Part shown: piece by piece, positions 1 through 9,948 of the stretch | Layout: each line of letters opens with the position of its first letter | Numbering within the stretch: position 1 is the stretch's first letter | NCBI GenBank assembly: GCA_965112635.1 | Contig: OZ218778.1 | Span: 730,258-762,257 of the forward strand | Length of the DNA: 32,000 nt | From: an uncultured bacterium | Lineage (GTDB): Bacteria; Oederibacteriota; Oederibacteriia; Oederibacteriales; Oederibacteriaceae | Reading direction: 5' to 3' | Program-made: the position numbers and the translations under genes | The notes under the pieces: model-generated | The model's database searches: none | What the model was told of the DNA's origin: nothing | What the model saw: only the letters and a program-made list of their open reading frames with translations

Positions 1-1703
1 CCGCGATGTATAAAAAGTTAAAGATGGCGCTGTATTGGTCCTTGATCAGCGGCTGCCAGTCCAGGAAAAGCCAGGTGCCCGGCACCGGCCCCAGCAATTT
101 TTCCTCTCCGGCGTGCCGGCAGAACCAGTCCAAACACTTTTCCAGGGCCGGAAATACTTCTTCGATCACGTCTTTTTTGCCGGTAAAAAGGAAGTAATAC
201 TGCAGGGACATGACCCAGATGAGGTTGAAATCCGGCAGGATGCAGTCATAGGCCTGGCTGGGAAAAACGCCGAACAAGAGCCCCTCGGGCGTCTGGGACT
301 GGGCTGCCTGGCGGATGCCCCGCCGCAATAAATCAAATTTGCCGAAGGCGTAGGCCGTGACCCAGGCCTGGACCGTGGCGTCGCCCCACCACTGGCCCTG
401 TTCCCTCCACGGGCAGTCCACATAACTGTCCAGCATGCACACCCGCTGGGTATGCGCCGCCGTCTCCCATATTTTATTGAGGAGCGGGTCAGAGCAGGAA
501 AAACTGCCTCTTGCTTCCACCGGATAACTGGAGTGTGTCAAGCTCACTGAAAGGACAATAGGTTTTTTGATCCGGCGCACCGTGACCAGCATATAGCGGA
601 ACCCGCGGCTGCCAAAACCTTCCCACTCCTGCTTGCCCTGGCAACAGCGGTACCTGTCTGCCATGGCTGATCCTGCAGCTCTCCTCCGGGTCCAAGAGCA
701 CGATGGAGCCATCATGGTTCAGGTCCTCGGTGTAAAAAAGGTCCACCATTTCTCCGCCCAGGGCTTTTTGGATGGCCAGGCGGGGATGGCCCACCACTTC
801 CTTGCCAAAATCCAGCAAAAGCGCTTGGGGTTTTCGATCCTTGGCCGGTAATATCTCAAAGGTCATTGTGTTCTTGGGTCCAGCCTGGCCAAGCCGGAAA
901 GCCCCTTGTTTGGCTGGCTGCCTTTTTTCATGAAAGAGCAGTAATCCCAGGTTGTTATATTTTTCCCAGTTCTTGACTGTGGTCACGCTCCACTGGGACA
1001 GCACCTGGCTGGGAGCCATCTCCTTTTCTTCTAAAAAGGAAATGCCCCGTGGCTCCAGGCCCGGCCAGGGCATGCGCGGCACAGGCCCGCTGCGGGGCGA
1101 TTCGGTCCATTTCGAATCGTCAAAACCCGGCAGCATCCAATTAGGATCGAGCTGGCTGGCGTCAAAATCCTCCTGAAAACCCTGCTGGAATGAGATGCGG
1201 TCCGCCATCCGGTTCCACGCCCTGATGACATTGGACTTAGGGAAACGGGCCGGGATAAGGCCCGGGCACCAGCCCGCCTCAATAGTGCGCCAGGTGGAGT
1301 CGGTAGAGAGGGGCACGGTTTTGCCCGGCCCCAGCTCAGCTTCGCCGTCCAGCAAAAACCCTTCCCAGCCGGTCTCGATGTGGTGGAACATGGTGATTCC
1401 AAAATGATGCACCACGGCTGCCAGCACATTGCGGCCTGCCCGTAAAAACGGGGCGATATCCAGTTCGTCATAGGGCAGGCTGAAGGGATAACCCCGGGCC
1501 GGGCCGCGGCACACGAATTTGCCGTTGACGAACAGTTTATACCGGCTGTCCGCCGTCACCCTGATCCGGGCATGCCGGGGTTTGGAGGCCAGGGTCAGTT
1601 CTTTGCGGTATATCCTCCAGTAGTTCCACGGTTCTCCGAGATGGTCGTCCGCCAGCCAAGTGCACAGCCATTGCCCGGTCCATTTTTTCTGGGTCCCCAT
1701 CAT
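1..1703 (-). pseudogene. GH78-like alpha-L-rhamnosidase, interrupted by an apparent frameshift near 662; C-terminus runs off the window
   Basis: ORF 489-1736(-) reads as a rhamnosidase N-terminal region. The likely true start is the ATG at 1703, preceded by GGAGGAA. From about 664 downward another minus frame continues the domain: ADRYRCCQGKQEWEGFGSRGFRYM...LLNKIWETAAHTQRVCMLDSYVDCPWREQGQWWGDATVQAWVTAYAFG..., a typical GH78 catalytic-region sequence, open to the window start. Confidence 0.75.
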
Positions 1704-1710
1704 TTCCTCC

Positions 1711-2685
1711 TTAATTCTTCCAGGAATACTTGCCATACTCTTGCACGGCCTGTTCCATGGCCGCCAGATGTTCGGGCGGGGTCGGCATCCCCTGATCAGG
1801 GCAGCAAAAATATCCGCCCTCCGCTCCCAGCAGTTTTATCTTTTCTTTAACATCCTGTTTGATCCGCTCTACCGGCCCTTCTATGAGCAGGGCCGTACTG
1901 ATTCCTCCCTCAAAGGCGATACGCTTGCCTCCGCTGGCGCGGAGTTTACCCAGGTCGTTGGCCGTGGCCTGGATGGGATTGAGGATATCCACGCCCAATT
2001 CCATAAAGATCGGCAGCATGGCCTCCACGTTGCCGCAGGAATGGAAATGCACCAAAACATTGTTCTTTTTGTAAAGTTCGAACAGCCTGCGGTATTCCTG
2101 CACCAGAAAATTTTTTACAATGGCCGGCCCGAGCAAGGGCCCGTTCTGCGTGCCCAGGTCGTCGCTCATGCCCACCATTTCACAGCCGAGCTTGAGGTAA
2201 TGCTTGGCCATGCCCAGCTGGAAATCCATGATGCGGTGCAGTACCTCCCTGGCAAACTCCGGCTCAGCGTAAAAATATGTCATCATGTTCTCCATGCCCA
2301 CGAGCAAATAGGATTTTTCCCACAAAGTATCGCGGTTGGACCCGCAGATAAAGGCATCCTCGGATCTTGGGGTTTCGGCGGCCATTTTGTAGATCTTCCC
2401 GCACAGGCGTTCATCGTTGGGGTCTGGCCATTGGTAGGTTTTAAGGGCGTTCATATTGGCTAATGGGTTGACGCGGGGAAAACCCATGACCTCGGGCTGT
2501 TCTTTGTGCCATTCCACGCCCCAGATATCGGTCCATTTGGACCCCACCGGGCAGTCGTGCCCGCCGCCGTCATAACCCTCGTGGTTGCAGCCCTGGTAAC
2601 ATAAAGTTTGACGGGGCACATAACTCATCACCCGTTCGGGCCGGTCAAAACGGATTATTCGGAGCGCGTTCTCTTTGTCAGTCAT
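1711..2685 (-). CDS. Uroporphyrinogen decarboxylase (URO-D)-family / MtaA-CmuA-like methyltransferase
   Basis: 324 aa. HFHSCGNVEAMLPIFMELGVDILNPIQ and GGYFCCPDQGMPTPPEH match the URO-D/MtaA fold with HxHxCG and C-rich metal-ligand motifs. Confidence 0.8.
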   Translation of the reverse strand: MTDKENALRIIRFDRPERVMSYVPRQTLCYQGCNHEGYDGGGHDCPVGSKWTDIWGVEWHKEQPEVMGFPRVNPLANMNALKTYQWPDPNDERLCGKIYKMAAETPRSEDAFICGSNRDTLWEKSYLLVGMENMMTYFYAEPEFAREVLHRIMDFQLGMAKHYLKLGCEMVGMSDDLGTQNGPLLGPAIVKNFLVQEYRRLFELYKKNNVLVHFHSCGNVEAMLPIFMELGVDILNPIQATANDLGKLRASGGKRIAFEGGISTALLIEGPVERIKQDVKEKIKLLGAEGGYFCCPDQGMPTPPEHLAAMEQAVQEYGKYSWKN

Positions 2686-2807
2686 TGGCCTTTCCTCAAC
2701 TGGAAACTATACGGAAAATCATATCACGTCCGGGTTTTTGTGGAATAGACATCCACGTAGGGATTATAATAGGAAAGTTGTTCAAAAAAAGAGGAGGATA
2801 AAACTGT

Positions 2808-3851
2808 ATGAGCCAGACGCCCCGTGAAGTCTTTAAGCGTGCCATCACTTTCCAAAACCCTGACCGCATCCCCCGCGACCTCTGGACCCTTGGTTGGGCT
2901 ACCAGCCGCTTCCCGGCGGAAACCGAGGAGCTTCTGCGGCGTTTTCCACCGGACCTGGTCTCCGCGCCAGCCCCCTATCGTCCTTCTTCCTGTGCCAGAG
3001 GCAGCATCTACGACGCCGGCAGCGCGGTAGATGATTGGGGCTGCGTTTTTGAAAACCTGATGCCCGGCGTGCATGGAGAAGTGCGCAATCCTATCATCAA
3101 AACTCTCGATGACTGGAAATCCGTAAAACCGCCCTATGAGACTTTGCCTGAAAAAAACAGTTCGGCCCGCGACACAGTCAACCGCTTCTGCGGAAACGCG
3201 GATAAATTCGTCAGGCAGCCCACCAGCCCGCGTCCGTGGGAGCGCTACCAGTTCCTCCGCAGTACCGTGGAAGCCATGATGGACGTAGCGCTTATGGAAC
3301 CAGAGTTCCACTCCCTTCTACGTACCATCCATGAATTTTTCCTGAAAGAAATGGAGTTCTGGGCCTCGACCGACGTGGACGCGCTGTTTTTCATGGATGA
3401 CTGGGGTTCGCAGGAGCATCTGCTTATCCATCCTGAGTCCTGGCGCAAAGTTTTCAAGCCCCTTTACAAGGACTACTGCGACATCGCTCACGCGGCCGGT
3501 AAACGCATCATGATGCATTCGGACGGCCAGATACTGGATATCATCCCTGACCTTATCGAGATCGGCGTGGACGTGCTCAATTCCCAGCTCTTTTGCATGG
3601 ATATCGAGGGTTTGGGCCGGATGGCCCGGGGCAAGCTCGCTTTTTGGGGCGAGATCGACCGCCAGCACATCCTCATCTCACCCGATCCTGAAGTGGGACG
3701 GCAAGCAGTCCGCAGGGTGGCTAAAAATCTGCTCACCCCGGCTGGCGGGGTCATTGCCCTGCTGGAGTTCGGCGTGGGCGCCAATCCGAAAACTGTCCTG
3801 GCTATCTATGAAGAATGGGAAAAAGTCGGGAAAGAAGTTTGTAAGCGGTAA
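2808..3851 (+). CDS. URO-D-family (MtaA/CmuA-like) protein
   Basis: 347 aa. MSQTPREVFKRAITFQNPDRIPRDLW ... IMMHSDGQILDIIPDLIEIGVDVLNSQ. GAGGAGGA RBS just upstream. Confidence 0.8.
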   Translation: MSQTPREVFKRAITFQNPDRIPRDLWTLGWATSRFPAETEELLRRFPPDLVSAPAPYRPSSCARGSIYDAGSAVDDWGCVFENLMPGVHGEVRNPIIKTLDDWKSVKPPYETLPEKNSSARDTVNRFCGNADKFVRQPTSPRPWERYQFLRSTVEAMMDVALMEPEFHSLLRTIHEFFLKEMEFWASTDVDALFFMDDWGSQEHLLIHPESWRKVFKPLYKDYCDIAHAAGKRIMMHSDGQILDIIPDLIEIGVDVLNSQLFCMDIEGLGRMARGKLAFWGEIDRQHILISPDPEVGRQAVRRVAKNLLTPAGGVIALLEFGVGANPKTVLAIYEEWEKVGKEVCKR

Positions 3852-3873
3852 TGCTTCTGGAAAAATTGCGGGT

Positions 3874-4674
3874 TTAAAACTTCCTGGTCATACCGGCCAT
3901 GAATCCGCCGGGTAAAAAATTAAAAGAGAATTGCAGGTCCTGCTCTTGGTGTCCGGTCACTATATTGCGCTTTTCTTTTTTGGCCTGTTCCGTGAAAAGG
4001 TCCTGCAGCCGGTCTGAGATGATAAATCCCAGTAAAAGGCTTCCGCCTTTCCACCAGTCATGGTTGATGAACTGTCCCACTCCCGGGATCATGGAGGAGG
4101 CGCCTATCCACAAGGCCCGGTCATAGGTGGGGTCCGAGGCCATGGCCGTATAGCCCGCGTCCATGGTGGCAAAACTTTGCAGGGTCCATTTGCAAAAACC
4201 AAATGCTTCGCTGCAGCGGTCATAAACCGTGACCGGCCCTTCTTCCTCCCGGGGGGCCACCTCTCTCAAGGTCTGCCAGTTGAGCGCGGTCAGGAAAAGC
4301 ATGCTGTCGCCCTGAAAATAGCTTTTGTTGGCCAGTTCGCCCACTCCGGGCACCACCGAACACGAACCGATCCACAGGCTGCTGCCGTAATCCCGGCCTA
4401 ACTCCTCGGACACGAGTACCGTGTCGATCATGGAATACCGCTCCAGCACCATAAAAAGCCCCTCTTGAATGGCCCGGATGGAGTCGGCTTTTTCTTCCGG
4501 GAGCGACCGGTTAAAAATCTTTTCCCTTTCTTGGTCGAGCTGGGCCTGGTTGTCCGGCTGAGTGGCATTGGCGGTTGTGGTCTCCTGGGCCTGAAGAACG
4601 GCCTGCCATCCCGTCATCATGACCAAAAGGGAAAGGATAAGAGTGGTCTTCTTTATTTTTTCTCGGAACATCAT
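3874..4674 (-). CDS. Secreted/membrane protein of unknown function with duplicated glycine/proline TM motif
   Basis: Start moved from the ORF-track 5016 to the ATG at 4674, which has a GGGAGG RBS and a signal-peptide-like MMFREKIKKTTLILSLLVMMTGWQAVLQA. Two related motifs: SSLWIGSCSVVPGVGELAN and ALWIGASSMIPGVGQFIN. Confidence 0.6.
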   Translation of the reverse strand: MMFREKIKKTTLILSLLVMMTGWQAVLQAQETTTANATQPDNQAQLDQEREKIFNRSLPEEKADSIRAIQEGLFMVLERYSMIDTVLVSEELGRDYGSSLWIGSCSVVPGVGELANKSYFQGDSMLFLTALNWQTLREVAPREEEGPVTVYDRCSEAFGFCKWTLQSFATMDAGYTAMASDPTYDRALWIGASSMIPGVGQFINHDWWKGGSLLLGFIISDRLQDLFTEQAKKEKRNIVTGHQEQDLQFSFNFLPGGFMAGMTRKF

Positions 4675-4700
4675 TCCCGCCTCCCTATGTAATGAGTGTC

Positions 4701-5978
4701 CTAAGCTTTGCGTATCCTGTCCATGCCGTGCATATAGGGCCTGAGGGCGTCGGGGATGAGGATGCTTCCGTCGCGCTGCTGGTAGTTCTCCACGATGGCG
4801 ATCCAGGTCCTGCCCACGGCCAGGCCCGAACCGTTGAGCGTGTGCACGAACTCCGGCCTGGACTGCTTGTCGCGCCTGAACCTGATGCTGGAACGGCGCG
4901 CCTGGAAATCCAGGCAGTTGCTGCACGAGGATATTTCCCGGTAGGTCTTGGACCCGGCGAGCCACACTTCGAGGTCGTAGGTCTTGGCCGAAGCGAACCC
5001 CAGGCTGCCCGAGCACAGCTGCACCACGCGGTAGGGCAGTTTCAAAAGCTGGAGCACTTCCTCAGCGTCATGGGTGAGCTTTTCCAGTTCGCCCATGGAG
5101 TCCTCGGGCCGGCAGAACTTAAAAAGTTCCACTTTGTTGAACTGGTGCTGCCGGATGAGCCCGCGGGTGTCCTTGCCGTAAGACCCGGCTTCCCTGCGGA
5201 AGCAGGGGGTGTAGGCCGTGTAGTACAGGGGCAGGCGGCCGCCGTCCAAGATCTCGCCCTTGTGCAGGGAGTTCAAAGGCACCTCGGCCGTGGGGATGAG
5301 GTAATAATCGTCATCCCGGCATTTAAAAAGTTCCTGTTCGAATTTGGGCAGCTGTCCTGACCCCTGCATGGTGTCCGGGCTCACCAGGTAGGGCGGCAAA
5401 ACCTCCCGGTAGCCGTGTTTCTGGGTGTGCAGGTCCAGCATAAAGTTGAGGATGGCCCGTTCCAGCTGGGCTCCGGCACCCTTATATAGAGGAAACCTTG
5501 CCCCGGAGATTTGGGTGGCCTTGTCGAGATCTAAAATATCCAGTTTTTCACCCAGGTCCCAGTGGGCCAGGGCTTCAAAACCCAGGTCAGGGGGGGTACC
5601 CCACCGCCTCACCTCTTTATTATCATCATCGTCCTTGCCCTGGGGCACCGAGGCGTCCGGGATATTGGGGATAAGGAGCATCATAGCCTTGAGTTCTTCC
5701 TCGACTTTGGCCAGGTCAGTTTCCAAACCCTTTATTCTTTCGCCTTGCTCCTGAGTTTGCTTGATCAGGCTAGCGGCATCCTTTTTTTCCTTTTTATAAA
5801 TGGCAATTTCCTCGGAACCTTTGTTCTTTTCCGCCTTCAAGGTCTCAACGTGCTGCAAAAGTTCCCGCCTTTTAACCTCAGCCTGCTTTAAATTGGCTAA
5901 AGACAGCTGGGTATTGCGCAAACGCAGTGATTCCTCCACAATTCCTATATTTTCCCGCACAAATTTTAGATCTAGCAT
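4701..5978 (-). CDS. serS: Seryl-tRNA synthetase
   Basis: 425 aa full length: [21 protein letters not shown]..., [78 protein letters not shown]. Confidence 0.98.
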   Translation of the reverse strand: MLDLKFVRENIGIVEESLRLRNTQLSLANLKQAEVKRRELLQHVETLKAEKNKGSEEIAIYKKEKKDAASLIKQTQEQGERIKGLETDLAKVEEELKAMMLLIPNIPDASVPQGKDDDDNKEVRRWGTPPDLGFEALAHWDLGEKLDILDLDKATQISGARFPLYKGAGAQLERAILNFMLDLHTQKHGYREVLPPYLVSPDTMQGSGQLPKFEQELFKCRDDDYYLIPTAEVPLNSLHKGEILDGGRLPLYYTAYTPCFRREAGSYGKDTRGLIRQHQFNKVELFKFCRPEDSMGELEKLTHDAEEVLQLLKLPYRVVQLCSGSLGFASAKTYDLEVWLAGSKTYREISSCSNCLDFQARRSSIRFRRDKQSRPEFVHTLNGSGLAVGRTWIAIVENYQQRDGSILIPDALRPYMHGMDRIRKA

Positions 5979-6006
5979 TAGGTTTGTCCTCTTTTCGTCA
6001 AAAACG

Positions 6007-6081
6007 ACTAATTTTTGTTCAATTATGTGCTGTTTTTGTCAAATTTCATCTATTTTTGATATAAAATTGCTCAATTTTGTA
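6007..6081. promoter_or_regulatory. Helically phased TTTTTG array upstream of serS
   Basis: Four T-tract+G elements with the G at 6017, 6038, 6058, 6079 (spacing 21/20/21). The best unit is ATCTATTTTTGAT at 6048-6060. Confidence 0.45.
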
Positions 6082-6108
6082 ACTATTGTACTGTTTCTAT
6101 AACTTCAA

Positions 6109-7578
6109 TTATTTCTTATCTTTTTTGTTCTTTTCCGGCCAGTCCAGCATAAACTTCTGGGCTATATTGACCTGGTCCTGGGTCAGCTTGGCCTCCAGCA
6201 CGCTCTTGCGGTCCCCTGCTTTTTCATGGCCGTTCCTGCTGGCCAGGGAGTACCAGATATAGGCCTTGACCAGATCCTGTTTCACCCCGATCCCATTTTC
6301 ATACATTATTCCCAGGTTGTTTTGGGCAACTGCGAAATCCAGGTCAGCGGCTTTTTGAAAAAGCCTGAAAGCCCGTTTGGGGTCCTTTTTGACCCCCTGG
6401 CCGTTGAGGTATAAAGAAGCCAGGTTGTTCTGGCCCACGCTATAGCCCTCATTGGCGGCCAAGCGGTACCACATGGCGGCCTTTTCATAGTCCTGGGTCA
6501 GGCCGTTGCCTCCCTGGGCATACAGCACTCCCAGGTTGTTCTGGGCCAGGGGGTCTTCTTTGGCCGAGGCCTTTTTGAACCAGAACTCGGCCTTGGCAAA
6601 GTCCTCGTCCACCCCGCGCCCGGCCATATAAAGGTTGCCCAGGTTGTCTTCAGCGGGGACATACTCCAGGTTGGCTGCCCGGCGGTACCACATGGCTGCT
6701 TTTTTCAGGTCCACGATGACGCCCCAACCGTTCTCGTACATCTGGCCCAAACTGTTCTGGGCCTGGACATTGTCCAGGTCCGCGGCCTTGAGGTACCACA
6801 GCAGGGCGTGCCCGTAATCCTGGGTGACCCCCTGCCCGTTAAAGAGCAGGTTAGCCAAGCTGTCTTGCCCTGGGCTGTAATTTTGGTCAGCCGCCTTTTG
6901 GTACCAGAGCAAAGCCTTTTGGTAGTCCTGGGGGACGCCCGTGCCTTTTTCATACGCGGTGCCCAGTTGATACTCCGCGACATCATATCCCTGGGCCACG
7001 GCCTTGTTCAGCCATTCTATCGCCTTGGACGCGTCGGCCTGGACCCCCACGCCGTTGAAATACATCTGGGCCAGGTTGGTTTGGGCCTGCGCTAAACCCT
7101 GGTCCGCGGCTTTTTGGTACCACTGCCGGGCCTGGTCCAGGTCCCTTTTGACCCCTTCGCCGTATTCATAGCGGACGCCCAGCCTGTTCTGCGCTTCGCT
7201 GTAACCCTGGTTGGCCGCCTTGGTGAACCACTCCACGGCCTTGGCGTAATTTTTTTTGACTCCCAGGCCCTGCAGGTCCATCAGGCCGAGGTTGCACTGG
7301 GCCGGCGCAAAATTTTGGCTGGCTGCTTTTTTGAACCAGGCTTCGGCCTTGCCAAAATCCTTTTTAACCCCTATCCCAAAAAGATAAATCTGCCCGAGCT
7401 CGTTCTGGGCCACGGCCTCGCCCTTGTCCCCGGCCTTTTTGAACCACTGGACCGCCTGCCCGCAATCTTTGTTTTCTAGAGCTGCCACTCCCTTGTCCAG
7501 CTCTTCACTGGCCCAACAGGGCACAATAAAACTTATGGCAATCCATATTAAAATGACGGTTTTAATTGTCCTTTTCAT
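6109..7578 (-). CDS. Secreted Sel1-repeat protein
   Basis: 489 aa, signal peptide (MKRTIKTVILIWIAISFIVPCWA), about 11 tandem Sel1 units (AQNNLGxxYxxGxGVxxDxxKAxxWxxKAA). Confidence 0.92.
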   Translation of the reverse strand: MKRTIKTVILIWIAISFIVPCWASEELDKGVAALENKDCGQAVQWFKKAGDKGEAVAQNELGQIYLFGIGVKKDFGKAEAWFKKAASQNFAPAQCNLGLMDLQGLGVKKNYAKAVEWFTKAANQGYSEAQNRLGVRYEYGEGVKRDLDQARQWYQKAADQGLAQAQTNLAQMYFNGVGVQADASKAIEWLNKAVAQGYDVAEYQLGTAYEKGTGVPQDYQKALLWYQKAADQNYSPGQDSLANLLFNGQGVTQDYGHALLWYLKAADLDNVQAQNSLGQMYENGWGVIVDLKKAAMWYRRAANLEYVPAEDNLGNLYMAGRGVDEDFAKAEFWFKKASAKEDPLAQNNLGVLYAQGGNGLTQDYEKAAMWYRLAANEGYSVGQNNLASLYLNGQGVKKDPKRAFRLFQKAADLDFAVAQNNLGIMYENGIGVKQDLVKAYIWYSLASRNGHEKAGDRKSVLEAKLTQDQVNIAQKFMLDWPEKNKKDKK

Positions 7579-7588
7579 GTTCTCCCCT

Positions 7589-8299
7589 TTATTCTTCGAG
7601 TTCTACGCGCGGTTTCCAGGCAGCGGCGCGCTGTACCGCTTCTTTTATCTCCGTCTCGCTCAACCTTTTTTTTACTTCTGTGATCACGGCGTCCACTTTT
7701 TTACTGTGGCTTTTACGCGCTAAAATAAGCCATTTCAGAGCCTCGACCAGGTCCTGCTTGGTCCCTCTTCCCAGGAGATACAGCCCGGCCAGGTCTTGCT
7801 GCGCCTGCAGGTTACCCTGTTCGCTGGCCCGCTGATCCCAAAAAAATGCTAAGCGGTCGTCCTGCTTAACGCCCTGTCCCTGAAAGTAAAGGGAACCCAG
7901 GTCCCTCTGGGCTGTGGCGTTGCCCTGTTTCGCGGCCTTGGTGAACCACTGGACCGCTTCAGGGTAATCCTGCCGCACGCCCCGGCCCTGGGCATACATC
8001 ATGCCCAGGTCTTTTTGTCCTTCGCTGCTGCCCTGGGCCGCCGCCTTCCGGAAAAGTTCTACGGCGGTCCCAACGTTCCTCTCTACCCCGTGTCCTTTGG
8101 CGTAGAGCAGGCCCAGACCGGCTTGTCCGTCGGCTTCGCCCTTTTGGGCGGACTGGGAAAAATAATAAAAAGCCTTTTGGGTGTCTCCGGCCTCGTAAGC
8201 GGCCTGTCCCAGGTCGGATAAGGCGCTCCCCCAAGCCGTACAGCACAGGGCCAAAAGGGCCAGCAGGCCGGCCCCGGCTTTAGCCAGGATGTTTTTCAT
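7589..8299 (-). CDS. Secreted Sel1-repeat protein
   Basis: 236 aa, N-terminal signal sequence, 4 or more Sel1 units (GQAGLGLLYAKGHGVERN, GQKDLGMMYAQGRGV, AQRDLGSLYFQGQGV, AQQDLAGLYLLGRG). Confidence 0.9.
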   Translation of the reverse strand: MKNILAKAGAGLLALLALCCTAWGSALSDLGQAAYEAGDTQKAFYYFSQSAQKGEADGQAGLGLLYAKGHGVERNVGTAVELFRKAAAQGSSEGQKDLGMMYAQGRGVRQDYPEAVQWFTKAAKQGNATAQRDLGSLYFQGQGVKQDDRLAFFWDQRASEQGNLQAQQDLAGLYLLGRGTKQDLVEALKWLILARKSHSKKVDAVITEVKKRLSETEIKEAVQRAAAWKPRVELEE

Positions 8300-8744
8300 T
8301 GATCTTGTGCTTGGTGTCGTCCAGCCGTTCGCGGATCACTTTTTCGACCATCTGGTACAGCCTGTTGTTGTGCCTCACGATGGAGTTGAAATCGTCCCGG
8401 TAAAGGATGTAAAAATCGCAGGGCTCTTCTGCGACAACGGTCGCGGTACGGGGGATCTCCTCCAAAAGCGCGATCTCGCCAAAAAAGTTCCCCTCGGTCA
8501 TGGTGTTGATGTAAACTTTTTTGCCCGTCTTGTTCGTGGCCCAAATGGAAACCTTGCCCTTGAAGATCATATAAAAGGTGTCGCCTTTATCACCTTCCCT
8601 GATCACCACGTAATTCTGGGTGCAGGACATTTTTTTCAGGCATCCTATCAGCTTGTCCATCTCCTCCACCTTTAGGCTGCTTAAAAAATCCACCCCCCTC
8701 AAAGTTTCCAGGATCTGGCGGTACTCAGTGGATTGGTCGACCAT
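8280..8744 (-). CDS. Cyclic nucleotide-binding domain protein
   Basis: 154 aa; GDTFYMIFKGKVSIW...GNFFGEIALLEEIPRTATVVAEEPCDFYIL matches the cNMP-binding fold. It overlaps the start of 7589-8299 by 20 nt. Confidence 0.88.
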   Translation of the reverse strand: MVDQSTEYRQILETLRGVDFLSSLKVEEMDKLIGCLKKMSCTQNYVVIREGDKGDTFYMIFKGKVSIWATNKTGKKVYINTMTEGNFFGEIALLEEIPRTATVVAEEPCDFYILYRDDFNSIVRHNNRLYQMVEKVIRERLDDTKHKINEKHPG

Positions 8745-9012
8745 ACGCCCTCCTTAATGATTTTGGTAATCCGTCCGCGTCCAGTAGGGATGCGAAAACT
8801 ATTATAATCACAACAACCCTAACTTAGCTATGCCTGAAAAGCACGGACTTTTCATTTAAAACCTTGTCTTTTGGAAGGCTTTTTGGCCCTAGGTCCGGGG
8901 GAGAACAAGGACGGGGCGGAAAAATTGCTAAAAATCCTTGGGGCGCCGTGCCATTGGTTCAAGTTTCAAGATCAGGCGCGCTTTTACTTTCCCGGGCGAT
9001 AAGAAAAGATTT

Positions 9013-9819
9013 TCAATCCCGTATTTCTTCCTGGAGGAGGGTAAAAAATCTCTCCCTGGCCTGTTTTTCCAGCCAGGGGATATGCCCGCATTTCTCCAGC
9101 AGGACAAAGCGGAAATTCTTGATGACATCGGTCAGCTGATTTTGCACGCTCTCGGCCGGATGGGGGTCATGGTCGCCTGAGATAGCGAGGACCGGGCAAT
9201 GGATGCGCCGGCCCAGCTCCAGGAGCTTGCCGTTTTGTCTCATGGCTTCGGCTTCTCCCCACACCATCTGGTGTATCTCCTGGTCAAATTCCACGGGCTC
9301 CCTCTCTCCTTGGACCGGATCATAGGCGTCTGCCTTGGCCAGCAACTCGCCCAGCCGCGGCCCGGCCATCTTGTTCTCGCCTGCTCCCGGTTGCTTCAGA
9401 AATTCCATCAGAGCCACGACCTCGGCCCTTTCTTTGATATCCAGGCGGCTCAGCCTGGTTTCCAGTGTTTTAACTCCGTCGCTTTCCTTGAACCCGGCGC
9501 AGGAAACCAGGATAAGTTTTTTCACATAGGAAGGATAATAGGCGGCGAACAAATATCCCAGCCACGCTCCCCAGGAATATCCTATCAGCGTGAAAGGCGG
9601 GTCGCTGCTCCTCCTGAGGACCGTTCTTAGCTCCTCCCTCTGGCCCAAGATAGTCTTGGCGGTCTGCAGGGGCTCCAGGATGCCGCGCACGGACGCCAGC
9701 TCCCGCGCCACGGGCGCCATCTCTCCCGCCACCCCCGGCCCGCCATGCAGGACCGCCACTTTATACGGCCTCTCGCCGTATTTTCTGATGACCTTCATTT
9801 GTCGCTCCCGTTTTTTCAC
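9013..9819 (-). CDS. Alpha/beta hydrolase
   Basis: 268 aa (alternative ATG at 9798): HGGPG, nucleophile elbow GYSWGAW, acid ISGDHDP, histidine CGHIPWLE. Confidence 0.88.
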   Translation of the reverse strand: MKKRERQMKVIRKYGERPYKVAVLHGGPGVAGEMAPVARELASVRGILEPLQTAKTILGQREELRTVLRRSSDPPFTLIGYSWGAWLGYLFAAYYPSYVKKLILVSCAGFKESDGVKTLETRLSRLDIKERAEVVALMEFLKQPGAGENKMAGPRLGELLAKADAYDPVQGEREPVEFDQEIHQMVWGEAEAMRQNGKLLELGRRIHCPVLAISGDHDPHPAESVQNQLTDVIKNFRFVLLEKCGHIPWLEKQARERFFTLLQEEIRD

Positions 9820-9948
9820 TGTTAGGAACCTCTCCTTTACATGGGGGGATATTCATAAAACATTCGGGGTCACCTGATGATTTGTGACAAAGGTAAATCC
9901 TGTTTCTTTTATTTAGTATACCCAGGGACCCCGGGGATCAGTGGAAGT

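Noticed and set aside
1660-2463. 267-aa plus ORF opposite the URO-D gene, and the similar 25799-26641(-) and 30424-31122(+) ORFs
   Set aside because: Each is antisense to a clearly conserved gene and has the H/Q/G-rich composition of reverse-frame translations.
4675-5016. N-terminal ~114 aa of ORF 3874-5016
   Set aside because: It overlaps the serS C-terminus in another frame. The signal-peptide start with a good RBS is at 4674.
5979-6108. T-box leader upstream of serS
   Set aside because: I could not find a T-box consensus (e.g. TGGNACCGCG) or a following terminator. Only the phased T-tracts are supported.
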